A DNA stretch of 64,000 bases from an uncultured Acidobacteriota bacterium (GTDB lineage Bacteria > Acidobacteriota > Vicinamibacteria > Vicinamibacterales > 2-12-FULL-66-21). The stretch is taken from contig CAWKBU010000018.1 in assembly GCA_963847975.1 (NCBI GenBank), positions 386,129 through 450,128 on the forward strand, written 5' to 3'. The translations under genes were made by a program, and so were the position numbers. Under the pieces are notes generated by a model that saw nothing but the letters and a program-made list of their open reading frames with translations, made no database searches and was not told the origin of the DNA. The stretch's first letter is position 1, and every line of letters begins with the position of its first letter. Shown in pieces: positions 18,518-27,302 of this stretch.

Positions 18518-18871
18518 ATGCTGCGATGGCGCGCGGTCGCTGGCGGCCTCGTCCTCGCCGTCCTGTGCCTGACGGCGGCGTGCGACGCGCCGCACGATCC
18601 CATCATCGTCGACGAAGGGATCGTGACGGTCGAGAACCTGACGGCGGTCGAATGGCGCAACGTCCGGGTCACGGTCAACGATCACTTCAGCGGCGGCGTG
18701 GCCGTGCTCGAGCCCGGTGGCCGCCTGACGGCGCCGCTCAGCCAGTTTCAAACCGGCCTCGGTCAGAAGTTCGATCGCGGGCGGCAGAGCGTCTTCAAGG
18801 TCGAAGTGACCGCGACCGATCCGGACGGTAAGGCCGTGAACATCAAGTGGGATCCGAACGCACGACGGTGA
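18518..18871 (+). CDS. small lipoprotein, unknown function
   Basis: From ATG 18518: MLRWRAVAGGLVLAVLCLTAAC-DAPHD..., with a lipobox. Confidence 0.6.
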   Translation: MLRWRAVAGGLVLAVLCLTAACDAPHDPIIVDEGIVTVENLTAVEWRNVRVTVNDHFSGGVAVLEPGGRLTAPLSQFQTGLGQKFDRGRQSVFKVEVTATDPDGKAVNIKWDPNARR

Positions 18872-18897
18872 CCTCGGCAGGAACAAGAGAGAGACCC

Positions 18898-19197
18898 ATG
18901 ACCCTCAAATCCGAGTTCGAAGCGACCTGTCCCTGTTGCCAGTCGACGCTCGTCATCGACACGAACCTGAAGCGCGTCGTCCGGCACGTCGAGCCGGTGC
19001 GCGGCGATCGCCCCGAGCTCTCGGACGCGCAGCGCATTCTGGCCAACGAGGCCGCGCGGCGGGAGGCGCTCTTCCAGCAGTCGGTCAGCGCCGAGAAGAC
19101 GCGCGGCGACGACCTGTCGAAGCGCTTCGAGGAAGCGCTCAAACAGGCGCACCAGGAACCGATCACCAAGCCGACGAGAGACTTCGATCTGGATTGA
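18898..19197 (+). CDS. hypothetical protein with CPCC motif and charged helical tail
   Basis: From ATG 18898: MTLKSEFEATCPCCQSTLVIDTNLKRVV.... Good codon bias. No family recognised. Confidence 0.5.
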   Translation: MTLKSEFEATCPCCQSTLVIDTNLKRVVRHVEPVRGDRPELSDAQRILANEAARREALFQQSVSAEKTRGDDLSKRFEEALKQAHQEPITKPTRDFDLD

Positions 19198-19207
19198 CGC
19201 GCCGCGG

Positions 19208-19894
19208 TCAGCGTGCGAATTCCGCCGGGAGCGGCGTCCATCGTTCCATGCGCCGGTAGTAGACGGGCTTCTTGCCGAAACGCTCCTTGTACTTCACGTA
19301 GCGCCGCCGCAGCCGGTCGATATGCCGATCGGAGCTGCGGATCGACCGGTGCGGATAGTCGAGGAGCATGCGCTCCACCTTCCAGACATTACGCTCCGAC
19401 AGGCGCCAGTCGTAATCGGCGAGCGTGGGCCGCAGGTCGACGAGCGCGTAGCCGGTGACGCGCCCGGTGTAGTCGACATAGGGATCGACGTAGCTGAGCG
19501 CGAGCGCGCGCGGGGTGGCGAAGACCGGCTTGCGACCGTGCAGCCCCGGATCGCGCGAGCGCGCGATCGATCCCCAGCGGCCGTTCTCCCGATAGACAAA
19601 GATGACGTGATCGAGGTGGTCGATCGACTCGAAGCTGATGACGAGCGGCGGGTAGCCGTGTTGTTCGAGGATGACGGCGGCCGAGAGCGCCGCTTCGAGG
19701 CAGTGGGCGGTCTGGCGGCGCACGACACCCCGGAAGCTGCGCAGCGTGGCCCGGCCCGGTGGCGGCTCCATGTTGTAGTCGAGCGCATTCAGGAAGCGCT
19801 GCACCGCCAGCGGCGTGCGCAGCCGCGCAATCACGCGCCGCTCGGCGCCGGTGAAGGCCGACAACGACGGCGCGTTACTTGACGCCAACCGCAC
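19208..19894 (-). CDS. hypothetical protein, possibly transglutaminase-like Cys/His/Asp fold
   Basis: 228 aa: ...QTAHCLEAALSAAVILEQHGYPPLVISFES...DHVIFVYRENGRWGSIARS.... Assignment is tentative. 20-nt overlap with the upstream gene. Confidence 0.45.
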   Translation of the reverse strand: MRLASSNAPSLSAFTGAERRVIARLRTPLAVQRFLNALDYNMEPPPGRATLRSFRGVVRRQTAHCLEAALSAAVILEQHGYPPLVISFESIDHLDHVIFVYRENGRWGSIARSRDPGLHGRKPVFATPRALALSYVDPYVDYTGRVTGYALVDLRPTLADYDWRLSERNVWKVERMLLDYPHRSIRSSDRHIDRLRRRYVKYKERFGKKPVYYRRMERWTPLPAEFAR

Positions 19895-20759
19895 TCCTCA
19901 GGTCCGTGACGAACTCCGCCGGCGACCATTGCATGCCGGTGACGATCTTCACCAGGCGGCCATTGGCGTCGACGATCGCGGTCCTGAGGTTATGCACCAC
20001 GTTTCCGGGATCGGAACCCTCACGCATGATCGACACGCCGAAGTTGCCGGCGAACGACGCGACGTCGCCCTCGTCGCCGGTCAGAAAGCTCCAGGTCGCC
20101 GGCGCCGCTCCCACTTTCCGGGTGTGCGCGGCCAGGACGGCGGGCGTGTCGTACGACGGATCGAAGCTGATCGACAGCAGGTGGACGCGCCCGCGCAGGC
20201 CCTCGTCGTCGGTCACGATCTGCTGCACGTCCGCGAACTGGCGGTCCATCAATGGGCAGAAGTCCGGCAGCGGGCAGCGCGTGTAGATGAAGGTGATGGC
20301 CAGCGTGCGCCCGCGCCACTCGCTCAGGCGGCGGGTCGCGCCGCTCTCATCGATGAGCGCCACGTCGGGCACCTCGTCGCCCGGCTCGAGCATGGCGACG
20401 GGCGGGTGCGCGGCCGGACGTTCGGTGACCGGCGCGTGTCCCGTCCGCTCGATCGCCTTCAGATAGCCGTGCGCGTCCTCGACGACGAGCGTCGCCCGGA
20501 TGAGGTCGCCCGGCGTCCGGCCCTGCAGGAGCGCGGCATCCTTGACCTTGAACGGCATGGTCATGCCCGGCATGAAGCCCTTGATGTCTTCGTGCTTGAT
20601 GGTGATCTCGCTCCTCGCGGTGTCAACCGCCAGAATCTGCCCACGGAGCTCGTACTCGCGGCCACGACTGCACGCGGGGGCCAACGCCAGTACCAGCAGA
20701 GCGGCCCAGGTGCGCCGGAGTAGGGAAATTCTCTTCCTCGATTGGGCCATACGTTTCAC
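19875..20759 (-). CDS. SCO1/SenC-family copper chaperone fused to an N-terminal CusF-like Met-rich copper-binding domain
   Basis: 294 aa: ...ITIKHEDIKGFMPGMTMPFKV... then FIYTRCPLPDFCPLM (CxxxC) and a ...HN... thioredoxin fold. Confidence 0.85.
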   Translation of the reverse strand: MKRMAQSRKRISLLRRTWAALLVLALAPACSRGREYELRGQILAVDTARSEITIKHEDIKGFMPGMTMPFKVKDAALLQGRTPGDLIRATLVVEDAHGYLKAIERTGHAPVTERPAAHPPVAMLEPGDEVPDVALIDESGATRRLSEWRGRTLAITFIYTRCPLPDFCPLMDRQFADVQQIVTDDEGLRGRVHLLSISFDPSYDTPAVLAAHTRKVGAAPATWSFLTGDEGDVASFAGNFGVSIMREGSDPGNVVHNLRTAIVDANGRLVKIVTGMQWSPAEFVTDLRSAVGVK

Positions 20760-20994
20760 TGTAGCTGGTTGTGGCAGCAGGGGTAAAGCCTCCTGGCGGG
20801 CGTCCGGACGGCGGCACGCATTCTGCTATACTCGCCTAGGCAATGGGAGCCCGCTCCTTGCCTGCGCAGGTTCGACGATCCTTCCGCATAGCAATCCGCG
20901 ACGCTTTCCACCCTGACGCACTGCTTCGGAACGCGCGAGCGGCTGCGTTCGGACCAACAATGGCGCGTCAATTCTGGCAGGGGTAGGTGACAGG

Positions 20995-21360
20995 ATGGGC
21001 AGGAGACTCTACGTCGGCAATCTTCCGTATGCAGCCACGGAGGAGCAGCTCACCGAGTTGTTCAGCCGCGCGGGGAAGGTCGACAACGTACGCGTGATGC
21101 GAGACATGGCCACGGGCCGTGCGCGCGGCTTCGCCTTCGTGGAGATGGGCTCGGACGAAGACGCGCAGAAGGCGATCAGCGAGTTCCACGAGCAGCAGAT
21201 GGACGGTCGCGCGCTGGTGGTCAACGAGGCCAGGCCCAAGCCGGAAGGTGGCTTCGGTGGTGGCGGCGGCGGTGGCCGTGGCCGTGGCGGCGGGGGCGGC
21301 GGGCGCAGCTTCGACGACGGTGATTTTTCGGGTGGCCGTCGCAAAGAGCCCCGCTGGTAG
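20995..21360 (+). CDS. RRM-type RNA-binding protein with Gly/Arg-rich tail
   Basis: RNP2 LYVGNL, RNP1 RGFAFVEM, and tail GGFGGGGGGGRGRGGGGGGR. Confidence 0.9.
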   Translation: MGRRLYVGNLPYAATEEQLTELFSRAGKVDNVRVMRDMATGRARGFAFVEMGSDEDAQKAISEFHEQQMDGRALVVNEARPKPEGGFGGGGGGGRGRGGGGGGRSFDDGDFSGGRRKEPRW

Positions 21361-21390
21361 TTCGACTGCTGGCCTCGTCGCCGGCCGCTC

Positions 21391-21436
21391 AAACGAAAAA
21401 AGGCCGATCGTCGTGAGACGACCGGCCTTTTCTGTC
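21391..21436 (+). terminator. intrinsic (potentially bidirectional) terminator after the RRM gene
   Basis: aaacgaaaaa-AGGCCGATCGTC-gtga-GACGACCGGCCT-tttctgtc: 11 bp with one mismatch, A-run before and T-run after. Confidence 0.75.
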
Positions 21437-21451
21437 TAGGGATTCGACCGT

Positions 21452-21537
21452 AACTTCAAACTTCTACTTCAAACTTCCCGCTTCAATCTTAAGCACTTCA
21501 GACTTCAAACGTCAGACGTCAAACTTTCTTCCGCTAT
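21452..21537 (+). repeat. NNNTTCA heptamer repeat tract (copy B) between convergent genes; contains the 46-nt conserved core
   Basis: taacttcaaacttctacttcaaacttcccgcttcaatcttaagcacttcagacttcaaacgtcagacgtcaaactttcttccgctat. The core 21492-21537 matches rc(4043-4088) at 43/46, including a 26-nt identical run. Confidence 0.8.
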
Positions 21538-22280
21538 TCGTCCACCACCCACCCGTCACGGAGCTGGATGATCCGGCTGCCGTAGGACGCGTTGGTCTCC
21601 GAGTGCGTGACCTGGATGATCGTCGTCCCGCCTTCGTTGAGCTTGCGGAAGAGCTCCATGATCTCCTTGCCCTGACTCGTGTGCAGGTTGCCCGTCGGTT
21701 CGTCGGCGAGGATGACCTTGGGGTTGGAGATGACGGCGCGCGCGACCGCAACCAGCTGCTGCTGTCCGCCCGAGAGCTGATTGGGGTAGAGGTCCTTCTT
21801 GCCGACGATCGAGAACTTGTCGAGGATGTCGCACACCATGCTCTCGCGTTCCGCCTTCCGGATGTCGCGATACGAGAGCGGGATGTCGAGGTTCTCGTAG
21901 ACCGTCAGGTGATCGAGCAGGTGGTAGCTCTGGAAGACGAAGCCGATGTTCTGCTTGTGCAGCCGCGCGCGGTCCTTGGCCCCGAGCTTGTGCACCGGCT
22001 GGTCGAGGAAATAGTACTCCCCGGTCCAGGCGCTGTCGTGCATGCCGACGATGTGCAGCAGCGTCGACTTGCCGGCGCCCGACGGTCCCATGATCGAGAT
22101 GAACTCGCCTTCCTTGATCTCGAGGTTGATCCGGCGCAGCACATAGGTGCGGCTGGTGCCGTGCGCGTACGACTTTTCGATGTTGCGCAGGCCGATGAGT
22201 GCATTGGGCCCCAGCGCGACATCAGCAGGGAGCGCGTCGACCTGCGGTGCGGGCTGGCTCGACCGGGAGAAAAACGCCAT
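21534..22280 (-). CDS. ABC transporter ATP-binding protein (MacB/LolD/FtsE-like), no adjacent permease
   Basis: 248 aa with [25 protein letters not shown] and [10 protein letters not shown]. Confidence 0.9.
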   Translation of the reverse strand: MAFFSRSSQPAPQVDALPADVALGPNALIGLRNIEKSYAHGTSRTYVLRRINLEIKEGEFISIMGPSGAGKSTLLHIVGMHDSAWTGEYYFLDQPVHKLGAKDRARLHKQNIGFVFQSYHLLDHLTVYENLDIPLSYRDIRKAERESMVCDILDKFSIVGKKDLYPNQLSGGQQQLVAVARAVISNPKVILADEPTGNLHTSQGKEIMELFRKLNEGGTTIIQVTHSETNASYGSRIIQLRDGWVVDE

Positions 22281-22686
22281 GGGTTGTTGACCTCGTCTTC
22301 TGCTTCTCTTGTACCGACGGGGAGTTAGACGGCACTACGTCAGGGACGGTTTCTCTGATTATACAGACCTGGTCGTCATTCCCTCCGCAACGTGACCATG
22401 GGGCCGACCAGGGGCCGCCCGCTGCGCCGGCGCACGCACCAGCATCCGCAGGGAGCAGCGGAGGTCTTGCATCAGCGGCGGCATGGAGGCACCATACAGC
22501 ACGCCCGAGCCAGATGCGTGCCGCCGGGTGCGATTCTGCCATCTGTTTCAGGCAAAAGAGTTACGCTTGGCCGTACAGTCTCGGACGCGCGCACGTTGTT
22601 CACTGGCGAACAGCCGTCGTCCCACAGGTGAACGTCGGGAAGCTCGGACACGACGAACGCAAGCTGAAATCCTCGAAGGAGGCTAG

Positions 22687-23349
22687 GTGCACGTTCGATT
22701 CGCTGACTGTGACCTCGACACCGACTCGCGGCAACTCTCGCGTGGGGCCCAGGAGATTCATCTCTCGCCCAAGGCCTTCGAGTTGCTGAAGCTCCTCGTC
22801 GAGAGCCGCCCGCGGGCGGTGCCGAAGCAGGAACTGCTCGACCGCGTCTGGCCGGGAGTGTTCGTCTCGGATGCGAGCCTCGCTCGCGCCGTCAGCGAGA
22901 TCCGCGACGGTATCGGCGACCACTCGCGGTCCGATGGGTTCCTGCAGACCGTCCACGGCTTCGGCTACCGCTTTGCCAGCGCCGGCGTGGCCGTGCTGCC
23001 GCCGTCGGCTCCGCTCCGCGAAGGGCCGGTGTGCTGGCTGGTGGGCCGCGATTGCGAGTTTCGCCTGGGTGACGGCGAGCACCTGGTGGGGCGCGAGCCG
23101 GGAGTGTCGATCCGGCTCGACTCTCCGAAGGTGTCCCGGCACCATGCGCGCGTCACGATTGCCGCCCGGGAGGCGTCCGTGGAGGACCTCGGCAGTAAGA
23201 ATGGGACCTACGTGCGCGGCGCCCGCATCGAGGAGCGGACCCGCATCGTCGCGGGCGACGATATCCAGATCGGCCCGATCCGGCTGATTTTCCGCGTGAT
23301 CGAGGGCGGCGGCTCGGCCACAGAGGTGTGGACCGAGGAGTCGTCCTGA
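22687..23349 (+). CDS. one-component regulator: OmpR/PhoB-type winged-helix DNA-binding domain + FHA domain
   Basis: 220 aa. wHTH: LSPKAFELLKLLVESRPRAVPKQELLDRVW...VHGFGYRF. FHA: LVGREPGVSIRLDSPKVSRHHARV...LGSKNGTYVRG. GAAGGAGG before the GTG start. Confidence 0.8.
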   Translation: MHVRFADCDLDTDSRQLSRGAQEIHLSPKAFELLKLLVESRPRAVPKQELLDRVWPGVFVSDASLARAVSEIRDGIGDHSRSDGFLQTVHGFGYRFASAGVAVLPPSAPLREGPVCWLVGRDCEFRLGDGEHLVGREPGVSIRLDSPKVSRHHARVTIAAREASVEDLGSKNGTYVRGARIEERTRIVAGDDIQIGPIRLIFRVIEGGGSATEVWTEESS

Positions 23350-23433
23350 TACACTGGGAGAGGCTTCAGACGGGCCCTTCGACTGGGCGGTCGGGAGGCC
23401 AGCGGGGGACGTCGGTCGTCTTAAGAGCAACGA

Positions 23434-24045
23434 ATGAGTTCCACGGCCGTCCTCCTTCTTGTCGCCCTGATGCAGGCGACGCCGGTGCCGCCCGGTGCCG
23501 GGTCACGCGGTTCGGACCCCTCCGCCAAGCCTCCACCGCAGGAGAGTTCGACTCAAACCCCGCCCACGAACCCGAACGCGAACCCCAACGACGTCCAGCC
23601 GGCGGCGGCTGACGACCTGCCCGTATCGCTCGATCGTATCCAGCGGGCGCTTGCGGCGCCCGGCATCCTGAAGACTCTCGAACCGACCGTTCGCGACGGC
23701 CGTCCCGTGTATCGCGTGGACATCGAAGGGGCGAAGATCGACATGCGAACTCTCCTCGGCAAGGAAGCCTTGCGAGGCCCGGTTCCGTATGGCGGGATGA
23801 CGCACCAGGAGTTCCTCGACCTCGTGACGCCCGACGACGTGCGCGGCTACGCGGCGTTCTCGAACGCGGAAGGGATCACGGTCGCGGCGACGTCGATTGC
23901 TCTGCAGTGGGCGGTGCTGAAAGCCATCGACGCGCTCAAGAAGGCCAAAGACGCGCGCGAGCACGACGCGGCGGCGAAGGAAGTGGAGGAGGCGCTCGAA
24001 GCGTTACGCAAGGCGCGCCGCGCGGCGGGGCTGCCCGAGAAGTAG
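23434..24045 (+). CDS. secreted hypothetical protein (Pro/Asn-rich linker, helical C-terminus)
   Basis: 203 aa with signal MSSTAVLLLVALMQA. No family recognised. Confidence 0.5.
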   Translation: MSSTAVLLLVALMQATPVPPGAGSRGSDPSAKPPPQESSTQTPPTNPNANPNDVQPAAADDLPVSLDRIQRALAAPGILKTLEPTVRDGRPVYRVDIEGAKIDMRTLLGKEALRGPVPYGGMTHQEFLDLVTPDDVRGYAAFSNAEGITVAATSIALQWAVLKAIDALKKAKDAREHDAAAKEVEEALEALRKARRAAGLPEK

Positions 24046-24362
24046 ACGTAGAATCCGCGATTTCTTTCCCGCCAGAAACCGTTCGATCTCCTCGATCGTC
24101 CGGAGCACGCTGCTCAACCGGCGCTCCGGCCGCCCTCGGTGAGCAAGAAGGCATCCTCGCAATCGGCCGCCCATGTCGATCAACGCCGCGGCCAAAAATG
24201 CTACCAGATCCGCCATTCACCGCCCAATGGCCGGGATTCGCCGGAAACGGCGGTCGGAGGGGAAGTGGCCGGCGTATCGTGAAGTATGGACATGCTGCAG
24301 CGGGTGGCGCCCGCCGCAATCGGCCAACCCGGTTCCACACCGGCACGATTCGAGCCCTGATC

Positions 24363-25184
24363 ATGGTTGAACTACAGCCCTCGTTTCCGTCCTCCGGATC
24401 CCCCTCCTCCCGTTTCCGCATCACGCCTCAGCTGATCGTCGGCCTCCTTGTCATCTTCGTCGGCGTCGTCTTCTCGCTCGACGAGCTCGGGGTTGCGCCT
24501 GCGATTAGCTACCTCCGGTTCTGGCCCCTGGCGCTCGTCGCCATCGGCGTCCTGAAGATGCTGCAGGCCAAGGACGGCGGCGGGGCGTTCGCCGGGCTCC
24601 TGTTCGCGATCGTGGGCGTGTGGCTCCAGGCCGAAGAGCTCAACATCATCCACATCCGGCTCTGGGAGATCTGGCCGCTCGCCTTGGTACTTTTCGGGGG
24701 GTATCTCGTGTGGCAGGGTTTGGCTGGCGGCGCCGCGCCGCGCGAGACCTCGCCCGCTGGCGGGATGTTCCCCGATAGCGGTACGACCGCAGCGCCCGCC
24801 AGTAACACGCCCAGTACATGGACGGGCGAGACGTCCACGCCCGGGCCGGATGCCAACTCGACCCTCAGCGCCATCGCCGTTCTGGGCGGTGTGTCACGTG
24901 GCAACAACTCGCGTGCCTTTCGCGGCGCGGACCTGCTGGCCATCATGGGCGGACTGCAGATCGATCTCCGGCGGGCGGCGATCCACGGCGAGGCGGTGAT
25001 GGACGTGTTCGTGATGTGGGGCGGCATCGAGATTCGCGTTCCTGAGGACTGGACGGTATCGAGCCGGATCGTGCCGCTGATGGCCGGCGTCGAAGACAAA
25101 ACGCGTCCTCCCCAGGGCGCGAGCACCCACCATCTGATTCTGCGCGGGTTTGCGCTCATGGGCGGCGTCGAGATCAAGAACTGA
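24363..25184 (+). CDS. LiaF-like / DUF2154 membrane protein (cell-envelope stress module component)
   Basis: From ATG 24363: 4 TM segments, then ...LSAIAVLGGVSRGNNSRAFRGADLLAIMGGLQIDLRRA...VFVMWGGIEIRVPEDW...LRGFALMGGVEIKN, the LiaF C-terminal pattern. Confidence 0.65.
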   Translation: MVELQPSFPSSGSPSSRFRITPQLIVGLLVIFVGVVFSLDELGVAPAISYLRFWPLALVAIGVLKMLQAKDGGGAFAGLLFAIVGVWLQAEELNIIHIRLWEIWPLALVLFGGYLVWQGLAGGAAPRETSPAGGMFPDSGTTAAPASNTPSTWTGETSTPGPDANSTLSAIAVLGGVSRGNNSRAFRGADLLAIMGGLQIDLRRAAIHGEAVMDVFVMWGGIEIRVPEDWTVSSRIVPLMAGVEDKTRPPQGASTHHLILRGFALMGGVEIKN

Positions 25185-25283
25185 CTGGCCGGGCCTCCCA
25201 AGATCGCGCCGATACGGATCGCGAACGCCACGAGTGTCATAAGCTTACGTCTGGTAACGCATCCGCCGCTCTTCGGAGGTCAC

Positions 25284-27269
25284 GTGTTTTCACGACGGTC
25301 CCGGCAAGGCCACCCTCTTCATCACTACTCCCGATTGACGTCGACGCGTACCATGGCGATCGCCGTTGCCGGCGGCGCCGTCGCGGCGGCGATCCTCCTG
25401 ACGACCGGCACCGGCAGCGCGACTCAGGCGGCTCAGGCCCCGGCGCCGCAGGGCACGCTCCGCCTCGTTCCCGACGATCTGCGGGACACCTCGTGGCTGC
25501 AGACGCTCGCGGAGGCGCAGGTCAAGGCGGTTGCGGCGGTCACGGCGTTCCACGATTTCCGCTTCAGCGATGGTCAGGCGGCGAGCGGCCTTGCCTTCCA
25601 GCACCGCGTCGTCGCTGACGCGGCCATCACCTACAAGGCGGCGCACTACGACCACGGCACCGGCATCGCGGTCGCGGACGTGGACGGCGACGGTCTGACC
25701 GACATCTACTTCGTCAACCAGATTGGCGGCAACCAGCTCTGGAAGAATGCCGGGGGCGGCAAGTTTCAGGACATCACGGCGGCGGCCGGTGTCGCGGTGG
25801 CGGGAAGGGTCGGCGTCTCCGCCTCGTTTGCCGACATCGACAACGACGGCGACGCCGATCTCTATGCCACGACCGTCCGCGGCGGCAACATGCTCTTCGA
25901 GAACGACGGCCGCGGCCGTTTTCGCGACATCTCCGCGTCCTCCGGTCTCGGCTACGTCGGGCACTCGTCGGGGGCGGTGTTCTTCGACTACGACCGCGAC
26001 GGCCGCCTCGACCTCTTCCTCGTCAACGTCGGACGGTACACGACGGAGACGCTCGTGGACGCGGGCCACAAGTACTACGGGGCGTTCGAGGACGCGTTCA
26101 CCGGTCACCTGAAGCCGGAACGGTCCGAACGGAGCATCTTGTTCCACAACGAAGGGGGCAATCGCTTCGTTGACGTATCCAAGCGCCTCGGGCTGGTCGA
26201 CGTCTCCTGGTCCGGCGACGCCAGCATGGTCGACGTCAACGAGGACGGCTGGCTCGACCTCTACGTGCTGAACATGCAGGGCAACGACGAGTACTACGAG
26301 AACGCCGGCGGCAAGGCCTTCGTGCGGAAGAGCCGTCAGGTCTTTCCTCGGACCTCGTGGGGTTCGATGGGCATCAAGGTGTTCGACGTCAACAACGACG
26401 GCCGGCTCGACATCTTCATCACCGACATGCACTCGGACATGAGCGAGATGGTCGGCCCTGAACACGACAGGATGAAGTCGACGATGAAGTGGCCCGAGTC
26501 CTTCCGCGGCGACGGGAAAGCCAGCATCTGGGGCAACTCGCTCTTTCTCAAGGAGGGCCCGGGGAAGTTTCGTGAGGCGTCCGATGCGCTCGGGGTCGAG
26601 AACTATTGCCCGTGGGGCCCAAGTATCGGCGACGTCAATGCCGATGGCTACGACGACATCTTCATCACGGCCGGCATGAACTATCCCGAGCGCTACATGA
26701 TCAATTCGCTCAAGCTCAACGATCGCGGCCAGCGCTTCGTCGATGCCGAGTTCGTGCTCGGCGTCGAGCCACGGCAGGGAGGCCTCGTCACGCCCTGGTT
26801 CGTGCTCGACGCCTCGGGCAAGGACAAGGGGCATCGCGACGCGGAAGGACTGACGGGATCGGTCGCCGTGGTCGGCGCGCGCGGCTCGCGCTCGTCGGTC
26901 ATCTTCGATCTCGATGGCGACGGCGATCTCGACATCGTCACCAACGAGTTTGGGACGCTGCCGATGGTGCTCGTCAGCAACCTGAGCGAGAAGACGGCGG
27001 TGCGCTACCTGGCGGTGAAGCTGACCGGGACGGTGTCGAATCGCGACGGGCTGGGTGCCGTGGTCAAGGTGACGGCCGGTGGGGCGACGTACACCAAAGT
27101 CATGGACGGTAACTCGGGGTACTTGTCGCACAGCCTGTACCCGTTGTATTTCGGGCTCGGCGCGGCCCAGGCCATCGACCGCGTGGAAGTGCTGTGGCCC
27201 TCGGGGAAGAAGCAGACGGTGCCGCCGCCCTTCAAGGTGAACACGCGCATCGACGTGCGCGAGCAGTAG
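25284..27269 (+). CDS. CRTAC1/ASPIC-UnbV family FG-GAP (VCBS) repeat protein
   Basis: 661 aa with repeated DxDGDG.D motifs (DVDGDGLTDIYF, DIDNDGDADLY, DYDRDGRLDLF, DVNEDGWLDLY, DVNNDGRLDIF, DLDGDGDLDIV) and a C-terminal GLGAVVKV...GYLS...LYFGLG UnbV_ASPIC signature. Confidence 0.85.
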   Translation: MFSRRSRQGHPLHHYSRLTSTRTMAIAVAGGAVAAAILLTTGTGSATQAAQAPAPQGTLRLVPDDLRDTSWLQTLAEAQVKAVAAVTAFHDFRFSDGQAASGLAFQHRVVADAAITYKAAHYDHGTGIAVADVDGDGLTDIYFVNQIGGNQLWKNAGGGKFQDITAAAGVAVAGRVGVSASFADIDNDGDADLYATTVRGGNMLFENDGRGRFRDISASSGLGYVGHSSGAVFFDYDRDGRLDLFLVNVGRYTTETLVDAGHKYYGAFEDAFTGHLKPERSERSILFHNEGGNRFVDVSKRLGLVDVSWSGDASMVDVNEDGWLDLYVLNMQGNDEYYENAGGKAFVRKSRQVFPRTSWGSMGIKVFDVNNDGRLDIFITDMHSDMSEMVGPEHDRMKSTMKWPESFRGDGKASIWGNSLFLKEGPGKFREASDALGVENYCPWGPSIGDVNADGYDDIFITAGMNYPERYMINSLKLNDRGQRFVDAEFVLGVEPRQGGLVTPWFVLDASGKDKGHRDAEGLTGSVAVVGARGSRSSVIFDLDGDGDLDIVTNEFGTLPMVLVSNLSEKTAVRYLAVKLTGTVSNRDGLGAVVKVTAGGATYTKVMDGNSGYLSHSLYPLYFGLGAAQAIDRVEVLWPSGKKQTVPPPFKVNTRIDVREQ

Positions 27270-27302
27270 CGGCCGGCCGGCGCGACCTCCGGCACCGAGC
27301 GA

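Noticed and set aside
20812-20826. Second sigma54-like element cGGCACGcattcTGCTa about 170 nt upstream of the RRM gene.
   Set aside because: The GG/GC spacing fits, but the -12 box is CTGC rather than TTGC and it overlaps an equally plausible TATACT -10 hexamer. Chance matches of this loose pattern are likely in GC-rich DNA, so the evidence is not enough to call it.
20860-20890. tRNA-like GGTTCGA T-loop string (gcaggttcgacgatcc).
   Set aside because: The flanking bases do not pair as a T-arm, and no acceptor or anticodon arms could be drawn. No tRNA is supported anywhere in the window by eye. A tRNAscan run would be the proper check.
21535-21570. Mini-ORF starting at ATT right after repeat copy B, by analogy with copies A and C that precede start codons.
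   Set aside because: It has only 11 codons and a non-canonical start, and it lies entirely antisense to the ABC ATPase 3' end.
24004-24216. 70-aa minus-strand ORF in the 317-nt gap before the LiaF-like gene (…RPERRLSSVLRTIEEIERFLAGKK…).
   Set aside because: It overlaps the 3' end of 23434-24045 by 42 nt, has no recognisable motif and has mixed codon bias. It may be a gene remnant, but I cannot support a call.
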